A DNA stretch of 64,000 nt from positions 81,284,001 through 81,348,000 of the forward strand of contig NW_024704743.1 of assembly GCF_018977255.1 (NCBI RefSeq). Direction: 5' to 3'. Source of the DNA: Callorhinchus milii. Lineage: Eukaryota. The notes below the pieces were generated by a model. It had not been told where the DNA came from, made no database searches, and worked only from the letters and a program-made list of their open reading frames with translations. The first letter of the stretch is position 1. The number at the start of each line of letters is the position of its first letter. This document shows positions 12,876 to 26,294 of this stretch, piece after piece. A program made the position numbers and the translations under genes.

Positions 12876-13205
12876 GGCCTGAATAAGCTGGTAGCACTGT
12901 CACCTCTGAGTCAGAAGGTTACAAATTCGAGGCTGACATTGGGACTTCAAGCTCCTAGTCTAGACTGACACCCTAGTGCAGGGCTGGGGGAGTGCTGAAT
13001 GAGATGTTAAATCGAGATGTTATCTACCTGTTCAAACGTGGGCTATTAAAGATCTCATGGCGTTATTCGAAAAGGGAAGGGAGTTTCCCCTGACTAACAA
13101 ATCTCCCAGATAAAAAAAAATTGGTTATTCACGTTATGGCTGTTTGTGGGATATTGCGGTGTTCAAATTGACTATCACGTTCACTATAATTACAGTCACT
13201 AAACT
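12876..13205 (+). mobile_element. Older tRNA-head Deu-type SINE
   Basis: ggtagcactgtcacctctgagtcagaagg head; gagatgttaa..aagatctcatggc..gagttt..gctgtttgtgggatattgc body resembling the Deu domain as recalled. Confidence 0.7.
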
Positions 13206-14483
13206 TAGCAGAAAAAATTCTCATCCTAAAAAACAGGCTCCACTGAGACCTGAGAGTGATTTCAGAAAAGCTCTTCAATTTGAGAAACTCATTAGAAACT
13301 TTGAAATACACTGGGTTGTATCTTTGGGCTTATTGCTATTTGTGACCTATTTACCCACGTGGGCGATGACTTTTTTAAATTCTTACCTGGATTGCTGAAT
13401 GAAATACGTTGCTAGACTAGTAGATCTCACCTTGGACAGAGGCAGTTGATTGATAGCAGTCCAAGCCCTCCTGGCAAGATAAGTCAATTATAATGTTTCC
13501 TGTCTGCTCAAATGTTGGAAGAAGCATTGCAGGAAAAGCTGGGGGCAGGAACACTTTGCCTCTTATCGTATCACAAGATCATAAAACAGATTCGGAAGAA
13601 GGCCCTTCAACCCAATTGATATCTTCCTTCCAGAATATCCGTTATCCTGTCTTCCCATGACAGCAGCATATTGTTTCTTAAATGAGTGCAGAGTTCTAGC
13701 CTCTATGACTTGATGATCTGAACGTCTTTAATATTCAAATCATCAGTTACCATTCCTCCTTCAGGACTCTGTATGGTTTTCAAGTCTATCAGACCCATAT
13801 AATCAATTGAACTAACTGAAGAAATGTATAAACTTTGAATCCAGTTAATATTGGGTTCCAAACCTCTACGTAATATTGTTAGAAATTACAAGGATTCTGA
13901 AGCTGACTAATTTTTGAGGACCGTCCTCCACCCCAAGAAGGTTGCCTAAATTTCCAAAAGTGTGGGTTTCATTGTTGGACATCACCGTTATTCTTTCCTG
14001 GGACAAGAAGGTGATCACATCGATGAAAGGATGTTAAGGAGGTGAATATCTGCACATTTGATTGATTGAAATACAGACCATAATGCACCTTCAATGTATG
14101 ATGTGCCACTAATGATGTAATGTAGACCAGCATGGAAGGTTTGATTTCATCCTGTTATCTGGATCACAGTTTAAATAAGGAATTCTTTATGAAAACAAAT
14201 GCAAAATGACCATTGTCAAACATGTTCAGTTGAGTTACTGAGGAGATATGGAAAATTAACAGTATATTTTATGGAAGAAATCCAAACATACCAGTATCGT
14301 ATGAAATGAAGTTTATTATCTTATGCAAACACTGAAGAGGAGATAAAAAAAAGTGTATTTTTTTCCCCAAGGACTCCAAAGTTCTTCCATTTAAAATGTT
14401 CTTTGTAACACAACTCAAAAGAGGGTGATGGCGTTCTTTGCTTTATGGGATCCGATAAAATCCATACCTTTTGTTTTGTTTAG

Positions 14484-14648
14484 GGCTTGCCTTATCCTAT
14501 ATCCAGGAGAATAGCTTCAAACCTGAAGGAGGGGCTAGAACCGGCGTGCCAAAGATCGGGATCTTGATCACTGATGGGAAGTCTCAAGATGACGTCATTC
14601 CACCAGCTAAACGCTTACGCGATGCTGGAATCGAACTCTTCGCTATTG
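14484..14648 (+). CDS. COL14A1: COL14A1 exon, vWA1
   Basis: tttag|GG...ATTG|gtatg; [55 protein letters not shown]; 165 nt. Confidence 0.95.
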
Positions 14649-15137
14649 GTATGTTACTCATTCCTGTACCAAATGCTTAAAGAGCTGAATTACAACCTTG
14701 AGTGACTGGTTTGCCCAATTTGCCTACAAATACAGTCACTACATTTCATTGTAAAAAGATAATACTATGAACTGCTTTGAAATGATTTGGTGGCATAGTA
14801 AAGCGCTATATCAAATCCACGGATTACTTTAACTAAATTTGACCTTAACATCATGCAATTTAGACATTAAAGTTCATAGAATCATAGACTCTTACACTGG
14901 GACTGCAGAAGGAGCTACCCAATTACTCCCACTCCCCCGCTCCTTCCTCATAGCCTTGCAAATTTTTAACTTCTCCGTTTTTTGGCTAAGATCAAGTGTG
15001 TAGTGTAGATTCTTTTTTGATATTGATGAGCTTTGATAGTATCGTTTACACAGAATAGTTTTTGCACTACTGTTTGAATTGTTAGTGTCTTACAGTCTAT
15101 GGTTCTTAAGCATTCATCCTTTCTTTCGAAACAAAAG

Positions 15138-15299
15138 GTGTGAAGAATGCAGATGTGAATGAATTGAAAGCAATTGCCTCCGAACCAGACAATACGCATG
15201 TTTACAACGTCGCTGATTTTAATATCATGAACACAATCATTGAGAGCCTCACAAAAACTGTGTGCTCACGTGTGGAAGAGCAGGATAAAGAAATAAAAG
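15138..15299 (+). CDS. COL14A1: COL14A1 exon, vWA1 end
   Basis: aaaag|GT...AAAG|gtatt; [54 protein letters not shown]; 162 nt. Confidence 0.95.
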
Positions 15300-15683
15300 G
15301 TATTTGCTTCATATTGGCCAATAATTCCCCCAAATAAAAGTGTCTGTTACTTCATGGTTGTTTGTGGGATATTGCTGTGTGCAAATTGGCTGCTGCATTC
15401 CTCCACCAAATACACAGTTACTACACTTTACTGTATATTCTGTGAAATCCTTTGCAAAGTCCTCCTGACATGAAATGTTTCATAACAAATATAAGGATTC
15501 TTATTATTTACTACTATGATCATCAGTTACATAATTGTATCTTTATATAATTTGATATATAATCCATGCCCTTCTGTTATGTGCAGCACTTGTTGCAATT
15601 GTCCAGCTGAGAAATTCTTGCTCTGTTAACACGACGTAATTTTGACACATCTATATGGTTCTCAACCTTATCCTCACCAACAG

Positions 15684-15844
15684 GAGGCAGTGGAGGTGCA
15701 GGATCAAATCTGGTAGCTCCCACAAATCTCGTGACATCTGAGATAACACCTCGGGGCTTCCGTGTTAGCTGGACCCACGCCCCTGGGAAAGTGGAGAAGT
15801 ACCGAGTGGTGTATTACCCCAGCAGGGGAGGAAAGCCAGAAGAG
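15684..15844 (+). CDS. COL14A1: COL14A1 exon, Gly-rich linker plus FN3 first half
   Basis: caacag|GA...GAG|gtacc; [54 protein letters not shown]; 161 nt, phase 1-0; exact acceptor slightly uncertain. Confidence 0.88.
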
Positions 15845-16464
15845 GTACCATACGTCAAAGCCCATTATTGGAGTTACAGAAATATTCACAATAGTATTTT
15901 CATTTTCTTTTTAAAAAAAACATTTCACTCTGCAGTGAATCAGGTGTGATTATATTTAGTGGGCTGGACTTACTCTTTGAGTACGACTTCCCGATGTGAA
16001 AGGCGCTGTATAAATGTAAATTGTATTGTACTCCAGTAGGCGCTGGTTTATTCCTTGGTTCAAATAATACACAAAAAAATAAGTTGCCTTTGTGTCGGAA
16101 GCACCATGTGCATTTCCTCCTCCCTCTCCTGCTCTGGGACTGAATTCATTTTTGTGATTCATGAATTCATGAATGAATTCATTCATTCATTCTATAGTCT
16201 TCTTGAGTTTCCTCAGAAGGGAATTAAGACATTATGACAAGACAAAAGTCCAAAGCAGTGGTGGCCAACCTTTAAGAGCATAAACAGTGGGCTTAGGCTT
16301 TGGTCCATTGGGGATATTGTTCTCAATTCTATGTGCTTTCACTTATCTTTTTCCACCTCATCCCCCCTCAGCTCCCAGCCTCAGCTCTGTTGCCAGGCCA
16401 GTATTATCAAGCGCTTTGGGACGTCCTCCCAGTGTGAAAGCCACTACATAAGTGTATACATTAC

Positions 16465-16975
16465 ATTTGTATAGCGCCTTTCATGTCGGGAGGACGTCCC
16501 AAGACGCTGGACAGTCAGAGTTTCAGACTCGAGCTGGGGAACGGGGAGGGTGGAGGGCAGGGGGGGAAGCAGGGTGATCGATAGCACTGTCAAAGAGGAG
16601 GATCTTGAGATGGGTCTTGAAGGAGGCAAGGGAGGGGGCGAGGCAGAGGGACTGTGGGATAGAGTTTCAGAGGGTGGGGCCAGAGTGACAGAAGGCCCGC
16701 CTGCCAATAGTGGGGTGAGTGAGGCGGGGGACGTGAAGCAGGCTGGTGCCCGCTGAGCAGAGGGAGTGAGCAGGATGGTAGGGGGTTAGGAGGTCGCAGA
16801 GGTAAGGGGGAGCAAGACCATGGAGGGCTTTGAAGGTGAGGATCAGGACCTTGCACTGCATCCTCTGTGTGATGGGAAGCCAGTGGAGTCGGGCGAGGAT
16901 GGGGGTAATAGGGTCACGGAGCCTGGTGCGGGAGAGGACACGGGCTGCAGAGTTCTGGATGTTCTGCAGCCTATG
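16465..16975 (-). mobile_element. 5'-truncated L2
   Basis: QCKVLILTFKALHGLAPPYLCDLLTPY..GRRAF (ORF 16667-16861) and 3' hairpin. Confidence 0.88.
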
Positions 16976-17099
16976 TGTAATTGTGAATTGTATTGTATTT
17001 TATCATCACCTGAATGCTGTTGGTGCTGCAGCTTTAGATAAAATAACAAAAACCAAGCAAACCTTGAGAAACCAATTCATTTAGTTGAAACCGAAACGT

Positions 17100-17532
17100 G
17101 TAAAGATGTAAAGGATTAGCATCTTTATCCAGACAGATACAAAGCTGCAGCCAAGTGTTTGATGAAAAGGGTTTGACAAATCTTTTCTTTGTGCAGTGAT
17201 GCATAGATCATGACAGGCTGTTTCAACTTGTCCAGAATAGTAAAACCAGAGCTCACGGACTGCGATTGAAGGGGGTAAATTCAGAACGAATTTATGCAAA
17301 CACTATTTCAGTGAGCGAATATTGAACCTGTAGAACAGGCTCCCTCGGGAGACAGTTGAAGCTGGAAGTGTTGATTCTTTCAAACACGGATTAGATATTT
17401 TTCTTTTAGGAAATAACATTATGGGATATAGTACATAGATAGTTTGGGACATATGTGCATGTGACTACCAGGAAGGTGGAAGGCGAACTAGATGGACCTT
17501 GGTCTTATTTTGTCGAGCATTTCTTATGTTTT
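17100..17532 (+). mobile_element. CR1 3' fragment
   Basis: Degenerate ORF2 C-terminus (HGLRL..KHYFSERILNL) followed by 3' UTR. Confidence 0.65.
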
Positions 17533-17534
17533 TA

Positions 17535-18142
17535 TTTCCGTAACATCGCCCGACTCCGCCACTACCTCACCCCTCAGGCCGCTGAAACTCTTGTTCATGC
17601 CTTCATCACCTCCAGGCTCGACTATGCAAACTCCCTGCTTGTCGGCCTTCCCAACTCCTCCCTCCATAAGCTAAAGGTAATCCAGAACTCTGAAGCCCGT
17701 GTCCTCTCCCGCACCAAACTCCGTGACCCCATCTCCCTCATTCTCACCCGACTCCACTGGCTCCCTATCCTTCAGAGGATCCAGTTCAAGATCCTGGTCC
17801 TCACAAAGCCCTCCATGGCCTCTCTCCACCCTACCTCTGCAACCTCCTAACCCCCTACCAAGCTGCCTGTTCCCTCCGCTCAGCCGTCTCTGGCCTACTC
17901 CACGTCCCCCGTCCCACCATTGGCGGGAGAGCCTTCAGCCACTCTGCCCCCAACCTCTGGAATTCCATCTCCCAATCACTCTGCCTCACCCCCTCCTTAG
18001 CCTCTTTCAAGTCCCGCCTCAAGACCCTCCTCTTTGACCATGCCATCGGTCACCCCCCCTCCTGAAACGCTGTACACTGTCCAGCGCCTTGGGACGTCCT
18101 CCCGACGTGAAAGGCGCTATACAAATGTAATCTTGATGTTGT
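17535..18142 (+). mobile_element. 5'-truncated L2
   Basis: [55 protein letters not shown]; tail gcgccttgggacgtcctcccgacgtgaaaggcgc. Confidence 0.9.
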
Positions 18143-18591
18143 ATTTCAGCAGGATTTATGTCTTTTTTGTGAACAACAGAGATAAAATTTGTCATGAAAA
18201 ATTTCATGATAAGGGGTCAGAATTGTGGTACGCATAATAATAATTATTATTATGGTACGTCTAACACATTTAATTTCTTAATTAAGGAGTGTTATTAAAA
18301 TGTGTTTTAAAATATTCTTTCACTCCCCACCCCTTCCCACCCATATTTGAATAATGGTTTACAGTTTACTTGTATTTAGCACCTTTCACATCAATAGAAT
18401 GTCTTCACACAACCTGATGAAGCCTGAGATAGGGGAGGAGAAAGCAGTGGGGCGAGTGGGGGTGGGGAAGCTGAGGTGGGGATAAGAATGGCTGAAAGCA
18501 ACAACAAAGACATTAAGGTGGGTTTTCAAGGCAGCTTTATAAGGAACATTGGCCCACATCAATGGTAATTCTTCCAACTCTTCAAAAACAG

Positions 18592-18721
18592 GTGGTTGTG
18601 GATGGCACAGAGTTAACAGCGGTTCTCCAGAACCTGATGTCCCTGACCGAATATCAGCTCGCAATCTTTGCCGTGTATTCAAATGCTGGCAGTGACGCCC
18701 TACGTGGCGTTGAAACTACAT
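18592..18721 (+). CDS. COL14A1: COL14A1 exon, FN3 second half
   Basis: aacag|GTG...ACAT|gtgag; [43 protein letters not shown]; 130 nt. Confidence 0.95.
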
Positions 18722-20664
18722 GTGAGTAACACATAGTAAATCCATCACTTAATTCAGATACTTTGACACTTCCAACTTTGCAATGATTTTCGTGCTGAAA
18801 AGGCAGATTTGTCTGCGTGGAATGTGTTCACTCCAATTTTTCTTCTTAGATTGAGTTTGTCGACAGAGGCAGGTCCACCTCTGTAGGTGACCTTAAGGAG
18901 AAGCAGTTAAATTTCACGCTTTGCACTCTAAATCAGACCAGCCACCAGCCTCTGCAGTGAGTTGTGTCTGTTTCCAGATTGGTGGGAGCAACAGAAGTGG
19001 AAACGTTAAACCATACCATGTATTTCAGTGATGGTTTTCACAAAAGCAAACAGTTAAAGGTTTTGCACTCACATGATGTAACATGTTGATTATGCAGTGA
19101 TGCCCTGTGTTTTGTTCACCATTGCACCGTGAGCTCTTAGCCATTCTGTTTTCAGTCTCCTCCAACTCCCGCCCCCTCCCACCCTTTAAAACCAGCCTTA
19201 ATATTTCTTTTTGACTGCTCGTTTCCACCATCTTCAGCTCCCTTCAACCAAGCTTGGGTTTCCAGCTGCCTCTGTGAAGTGCTTTGAGACATCCTCCTGA
19301 GGTGAAAGACATTGTATATATACACTGAGACGCAATCCGGCGTGGAGCGCGCTATATAAATCCAAGTTGTTGTTGTTATAAATGTAAAATTGTATAAATG
19401 TAAAATTCACGCCCTATTGACTCTCTTTCGGAAGTGCGGAGGCAAAACCAGTTGATGACCACAATCAGTTCACAATCCATGTCACAAGGCACACAATGTA
19501 AAAGACATGAAAGAACTGCAGACAACTGAAAAGAATATTGGCACGTTAAGATCTTGCCTGAGTTCTGAGGGATGTTTTGAGAGCTTTGTGTGTGCGCTTT
19601 CTTTTTTTAAAAAAAAAGTGTCCAGGTGTTGCTGTGGTAGATGATAAAAGATTGAGTAAGCCACCATTCAAAACAAAAGTATGTGCACGTTTACTTGCAT
19701 TAATAATAATGTAGTTTGTAGTTGATATGGTGCTTTATTATGTCATTGGGACATCTCCGGGTGCAACAGTGTGTATTTTGTGGCTTTTTGCGGCAGCCAG
19801 TTTGTGCACAGCTGTATTATATTTAAACAGGAAGCAAATTTGACTGAACCCCAAATGGGGAGCTGCATGTCCATTTGCTAATGTCATTGGGTGCTCTTCG
19901 TTAGAATTGGTGGTTAAATTAGATATTCTGTTTAAAAATTTGTGCTGAGTCACCCCCCCCCCCTCCCTCCAATATTTATCACTGAGCCAATGCCTGTTGT
20001 GTTGTCATAGTGCTTGATGCATTGTTTCAAATGCCCCAGAGGTGGCACCTAATGATTCTAAACTATTCATTACAAACCACAGCTGTAGCTCTCACACACA
20101 CTGGACAATAGGAATTACATTGTGCTTGTGTGTGGGCTTCACAGCTGTGAGCTTGCAAAGAAGGGATGAAATCTCAGTGAAGCTTGATTTCCAGAACAAG
20201 ACCCCCTCAAGTGTAATGAGACATAATTATTCTTTCATTGACTAACTAATACAAACCACACTATTGGGAGCATTCAGCCCTTAGGCATTGACCTGTTGTA
20301 CTACCATCTTCCTGAGTCCACTCCAGCTCTAAACAATGTGCACTACCTGCTGTGAATGTACTATCCTAAAAGCTCAGCTCTCTGATGCTAATGATTCTCC
20401 CTTCTAGTTTGGGTCCCTCATGCTGGTAACCTCCAACTTCTGGTCTGGATCCTGTAATCTGTGTCTTTTGTAGTAGCTGCTTCTCTCTGGGTTCATATCT
20501 CTCACAGCAGATTGGCATCTGTGTTCTCCGTCCCTCTCTGAGATTACACACAGCCTTCAGCCATCCCTTCTATTCTTAAATTGCACTGCCCGCCCAAACT
20601 GGGTTAAACACAACCTGCAGAAGTGAACCCAGCTCCAACTGCATCAACTAACACTAATGCTGCT

Positions 20665-21180
20665 GAAGACCTTTCTTTTCGACCGCGCCTTTGGTCACCT
20701 TCCCTCCCCTCCCCCTGACTCGGTCCCAGGATCCAAAACTGTAAAGCGCTCTGAGACGCCGTCCGGCGTGGAGGGCGCTATATAAATCCATGTGGCTGTT
20801 GTTGTTGTTGTTGGATACACTCTACTGAGTTAGACCTGAAACTTTGTTCCCAGTGGATTGGAACAACAATAACAAATTACATTTATACAGTCCGTTTCAC
20901 TTTGGAAGGACGTCCTAAGGTGCTGGACAGTTAAGGGTTTGCACCCAAGCTGGGGGTTGGAATTAACAGGGGTGGAGGGTAGAAGGGTGGGGGTGGGAGA
21001 GGAGGGAGTGGGGGGTTGAAGGCACGGTCAAAGAGGAAGGCCTTGAAACAGGCCTTGAAGGAGGCAAGGTGGAAGGGCTCTGTAATGGAGTTCCAGAGAG
21101 TGAGGGCAGAAGGGCTGAAGGACAGACTGGCGGGGTGGGCAGGACAAGCGACATGTAGAGGACAGAGCTTGCTGAGCAGA
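20665..21180. mobile_element. Two L2 3' fragments tail to tail (20665-20812 +, 20862-21180 -)
   Basis: Both carry the aagacc..tt(c/t)gaccg(c/t)gcctt segment, a 3' hairpin and (GTT)n tails in opposite orientation. Confidence 0.8.
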
Positions 21181-21382
21181 GTTTAAAAAATTGTGGTCTG
21201 AGCATCTGCATAACAAAGTTAATCTCAAAGTTACCCTTTGTGTCCCAAACATTTGAGATATTAGCATTGTATTACAGAAGTAGAACTAAGATAGTAAGGT
21301 TGGGCATATGATTCAAATCCCTTTCCTCTGTTTCACGTGTTATGCGCATGTTTATTAATTTACTGATTTTTTNCTTCCCCAG

Positions 21383-21528
21383 TGGCACTTCCTTCAGCTG
21401 CAGATCTGGAAATCTATGATGTAACACACAGCAGTATGAGAGTCAAGTGGAAGGCTGCTGAGGCTGCCTCTGGTTACATGATACTGTTTGCTGCACTCAC
21501 AGAAGCACAAGCAGCTGACGAAAAGGAG
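21383..21528 (+). CDS. COL14A1: COL14A1 exon, FN3 first half
   Basis: cccag|TG...GAG|gtaca; [49 protein letters not shown]; 146 nt; an ambiguous n lies at 21373 in the pyrimidine tract. Confidence 0.95.
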
Positions 21529-22130
21529 GTACAAGAATCAGACTTTTATATAAAATGCAATAGAAAAGCACATATATCCATTATATTTAAACATCAATCA
21601 TGTCTAAAGGCTAAACCACCATTCTCGGGGATTAAAAACATTTCCCACCCATCAGCAATGTGTGTTGTGTGTATGGTATATAGTCACCATAAGTATTTCA
21701 ATATTGCACGACTTGAATGTGTCTCTGAACTCCCAAAGAAGAGGGCAGAAATTCAGAGCAATGAGGTCCAATTTGTAATATTTGCAAACCAGATTCCTTG
21801 CTTCAATTGCAACTTACTTTAAGGTTGCAGAATTTAAGCCCTTGAGTCATATATCCTAAGTTGGCAATGTCTGAAACACAGGCAAATATAACAATTCCCA
21901 CTATTGTTTTGTTCACATCAACTTTGTTTTTGTACTTTTTATTGAGTTGGTATTTGTGAATTTTGCAAACTGGGTTCAGAATTAATGTAACTAATTAGGT
22001 TTGTACAGATCACACACTGGATGCCAGCATTTTAATAACTGTACCTATGAAGTGACATAATTTGTCTGGTTTATTTTGTCTTAGATAATAACAGTTGTGA
22101 TTGGGACATGAGCTCACTGTGTTTTCCTAG

Positions 22131-22260
22131 TTGAAAGTTTCAGGTTCAGTCACCGATATAGAACTTGAAGGATTGTCTCCAAATACTGAGTATACAGTAA
22201 CGGTGTATGCCATGTACGGTGAGGAGGCCAGTGATCCACTGACAGGACAAGACACAACAT
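22131..22260 (+). CDS. COL14A1: COL14A1 exon, FN3 second half
   Basis: cctag|TTG...ACAT|gtagg; [43 protein letters not shown]; 130 nt. Confidence 0.95.
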
Positions 22261-23884
22261 GTAGGTTCTAGTTATTCTTCATCTAATTATATCTTCTTGT
22301 GGGCTGAACATCTGTAGTATAAAAGGGAGCTAAGCTGAGAAAAGCATCTCAAGAGCCACAATAAAACCAGTTGTGCAATTTTTGTATTTCAGTTAGTAAT
22401 GGCCGATTTAAAAAGTGCACAGCTCCTTGTTTAGCTAATCCCTGATTTCTGGTTAATTTGCTTTATGGTCATATTTGAACTCCAAGGGGAGTGATATTTC
22501 CCTGGGGGTGTACTTTGGGGTTGGTGCTGATAATGGGGAAATATACCCCCTCCTTTTGGGAAATACTCCCATCCCTGAACTGGATGAATTGATCCAGTCA
22601 GGTATTCAGCAAGTTAATAATATGAATTAGCTGAGTTTGGTTTGATGCTTTGTCCTAATTCTTTGTTTGTTGCTATTGTGGATTCAAAGTTGTGATGCTG
22701 CAAACTGTTAATTAACACCCATGAAGGTGAAAATGTGTCATGTGATGATAATCATCATGTCAAATGTAAATTTCACCCTGAGGTACAGGTGGAATTTAAT
22801 TTAGAAACTTTATGATAATTAACACTTTGAGTGTGCTGGAAAGAAACTCTTCCCCAACCAACCCCGAGAAACCAACCCTGCTGCACATAAGTCTTCCAGC
22901 TCCTGGTTTATTACATTGGACTGCCTGTTGCAAAATGCCTATTAACTTCACAATATTCAAAGGAAAGCTGGTATCTCTTTGATTGGAAGTTCAGTGCTAC
23001 AATCAAAAAAATATTGTGCCCATTGCATATTGCATGGTGTGGTTTGGCTGATATCTTGGCTTGGGATTTGAGAAGGAGGTTGGGGATCGGTAAGGGAGGG
23101 ATGCATGTGTTAATGACCACATTACATCATTGCACATTTTGTTTAGGTTTTTGTTTTCAATATTTCAAGATAACTTATTGCATACTGGGGAAGGACAGAT
23201 CTCTCAGGTTGTGGAGCTGAGCATACACTTGAGTTAGAGCCAATCACCTATAGAAAGGTGATAAAGAACACACTAATTCATTCCAGGAGGATGTAGTGAC
23301 TGATACTCAAGAGTAGCACTGGGGAAGGACTGAGTTATCTTAATGTCTTCTGGTGAGACATTAAACCAGAGTCATGTCTGCAGATGTCAGGTGAATGTTA
23401 ATATCTCATGACACTCTTCCAATCTCATGAGTTTCTGCCAGTGCTCTGGTCAGAAAGCCTTCAAATAAATTGGTCATTCCCAATATGGCTGTGGATATGC
23501 ATTTTCCTAACAAAACCAGCCACTGCACATCACATGACAATAATTACTGTAAAGCACTTTGAGATGTTTGACATGATAAGAAGCAAAAGTATGCACATTC
23601 TTCCTTTTTAGAAGACTCGTAAAATGGTATGTAGACATGTAAATGTTTTGCTTGATCTCAATTTAATCTTCAGTATCTATTCAATGCCAATCCTGCTGAA
23701 ATGATGTACAGCCAGGAAAACAGTAATGGTACAGTGTTCAGCATTGAGTGAGTATCAGTATAACTACTTTCCACATTAAGCAATACAGTGGAAATATATA
23801 TAATGCAGAAATACAATGTTTGCCAATCTGGTTTGTCTTTCACCTGGACTTACTAGAAGTTAACTGCTCCTTTGCTTTACACAG

Positions 23885-24024
23885 TGCCACTCACTCCGCC
23901 CAGAAACTTCCAATTCTCGGAAATTGGCCACAGCAGTGTCAGGGTCACCTGGGATTCACCTTCAAAGAAAGCACGAGGATATCGCATCATGTATGTGAAA
24001 ACTGATGGCAGTGAAATCAATGAG
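23885..24024 (+). CDS. COL14A1: COL14A1 exon, FN3 first half
   Basis: cacag|TG...GAG|gtaag; [47 protein letters not shown]; 140 nt. Confidence 0.95.
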
Positions 24025-25544
24025 GTAAGCCCAGGATTCAAGCTTTGAACAACTTGCTAAGAGGAGGACAAAGAAAGATTTACTTTGTAAATACTTGGTG
24101 GGGCAGTGCAGGATATTTTGTTGGATGCTAAGAATAGCAATTTGATGATGTGTGTTTATAAATTTGATTTTTTCCTTAGAGGTTAACATTTAACCTTCGA
24201 CAATGCTAATTTAGCAGCAGACAGAATGTTCCTGGTGATGTTCTGTAGACGTTTAGGAAAGTGCATAATCTCTAGACCTCAGCCTGTTTCCAGTAAGGAC
24301 TGTTCCTCCTATTAGCACAGACCATGAAAGCCTTCATATGTGTTTTTAAACTCTAAATTTTATTAATTTAGCTGTATTTTCAAAAATATGAATACTCCCA
24401 AATCGCTAAAATTGTTTCCCTCTCACACCCCCCAAGTTTTTCTCAATCACAATCTCTGCTTTCTTGGTTTTTCTCTCAGCGTTTCTGCATCTCTCTCCCC
24501 CTTTATTTCTTCTCTTCGCGCTTCCCTAATCCAGTGGATAATAATTTATACTCCGAACTTGCCAGCAACAAAGAAATTCTTAAATAAACTGCAGTTTATG
24601 GTGAGTACAGTTTACAAGTAACACTGACCAGCTCCTGATGCAACGAACGACCTCTGTGTCTACTCTGTATGTATTACAAATTCAAGGCTTATGTTGCACA
24701 ATGAGGTTTCTGGTTAATGCAAGACTTTAGCATGGTTCCATTAATGAATTCCTTCATTACATGCATAATTCACAATATATGCGCAGTGCTAATTGAAATA
24801 TCTAAAATATTAGATCTCAATAAGTCTAATATTTGCTAAGTGGCCTAACAATCTAACATTCGTGATGCTTATTTTGTACTACAATAATTATTGATTTCAG
24901 TCCCAGTAATGGTGAAGCACAGGCTGCTGAATTGATGCATTTGATAAGTCCTATCATTCCTCAAGTAAACTATTTGAGGACTGCTTCTTACAACTGGAAG
25001 AATTAGGTAAAGTTACATAGAATAAGGTGGCACAGAAATAGGCCTTGTTTATACTCCAAATAAGCTTCAACCCCTCCTTTTCCCTTCTCCTATACCTCTC
25101 TATTCCCTTCTCCCTCGTATCATTGTCAAGTTTCCTCTTAAATATTTGATGCTTTTGCTTCAACCACACTTTCTTACTGGGATTTTTTAAAATTCTCTCT
25201 CCATTAGAAAAATTAGGTGCCTTTATGAAGAATACAGGTGAGTTCACATTCTGCTCAGGATCCATCTCAGTCAAAGGAAGGTCATACAAATTAAAGCATC
25301 AGACCATATTGTGCCTAAAATGCTGCTAGCTCATTCACTGGAGATAATTACTATTAATGTTAATTCCATTCTCTTGCCATTACTTTTTATATTCTTCTTC
25401 AAAAGAAGAACGAAAATTGATGCAGTAATGAAGTCTTTTCCTCCTGGGGCTTAACTTCATGACTCACAATTACCATTGCAGTCAAATACTTCTGTGAGTG
25501 CAACAGTCATGTCTAGTGTATTGATTGAACTTTGTGTTGCACAG

Positions 25545-25671
25545 GTTGATGTTTACGATTCCACTACCATTTTATTAAGAAACCTGACCTCACTGACAGA
25601 GTACACAGTTGGTATTTTATCAATCTATGACGAAGGGCAATCGGACCCAGTTACAGGCAGTTTCACGACAG
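25545..25671 (+). CDS. COL14A1: COL14A1 exon, FN3 second half
   Basis: cacag|GTT...ACAG|gtgag; [42 protein letters not shown]; 127 nt. Confidence 0.95.
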
Positions 25672-26294
25672 GTGAGTCATATTGCCTTTTTGCATTTCAT
25701 GGGCAATCAGTGGAGTTTAGTTTGTGAGCCTGGGAAAAGATTTGTGAACAAAAGAATCTTGATATGTAGCAGTCGACCTCTCAAACTCCACTTGGATATA
25801 CGAACAATCGCCTTCTTTGATGTTAACATCCAAGCAGAATTCCACAGACTCAGCTGTGACACCTTTGAATCGTGGAAGTTAGACTCTATTTTTTGTACTG
25901 TATCTATTTCAAACAGTTCTATCTCACACCAATGAAAAAATAAACAAAACCGTTTTGCATGCAAATTCAAAATTCAAACTTTTAGACAAAATTTCATCTT
26001 CTCTCATTCTGTAAAACCATTTTCTCTTCAATTTTAAGCATATGCAAAATTGTGAAAAATTCATAAATTCAGTTTTCTGCAGGGCTTGAAAAGAAGCTGT
26101 CTTTTTGAATTTATACAGAATTTATGAATTTTCGATAATTTTGCATGCAAGTTTAAAATTCAAACTTTAAGACAAAATTATTTCACGGTTTAAAACTGGA
26201 TGGATTTAGACAAGCGGTGTTTAATTCATAGGATACAATCCACTCAACTACATTCCCTCATGGTCTTCTGTGCTTTTACTTCTGCCCACTTTAG

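Noticed and set aside
16140..16195. GAATTC/ATTC palindromic cluster as a functional hairpin
   Set aside because: Low-complexity (ATTC)n/(GAAT)n junction; palindromy follows from the repeat.
16256..16273. hAT-like terminal repeat CAGTGGTGGCCAACCTTT
   Set aside because: No matching opposite end or 8-bp duplication found.
21382..21822. 146-aa ORF as a stand-alone gene
   Set aside because: Only the first 49 codons are exon; the rest is intron read-through past the GT donor at 21529.
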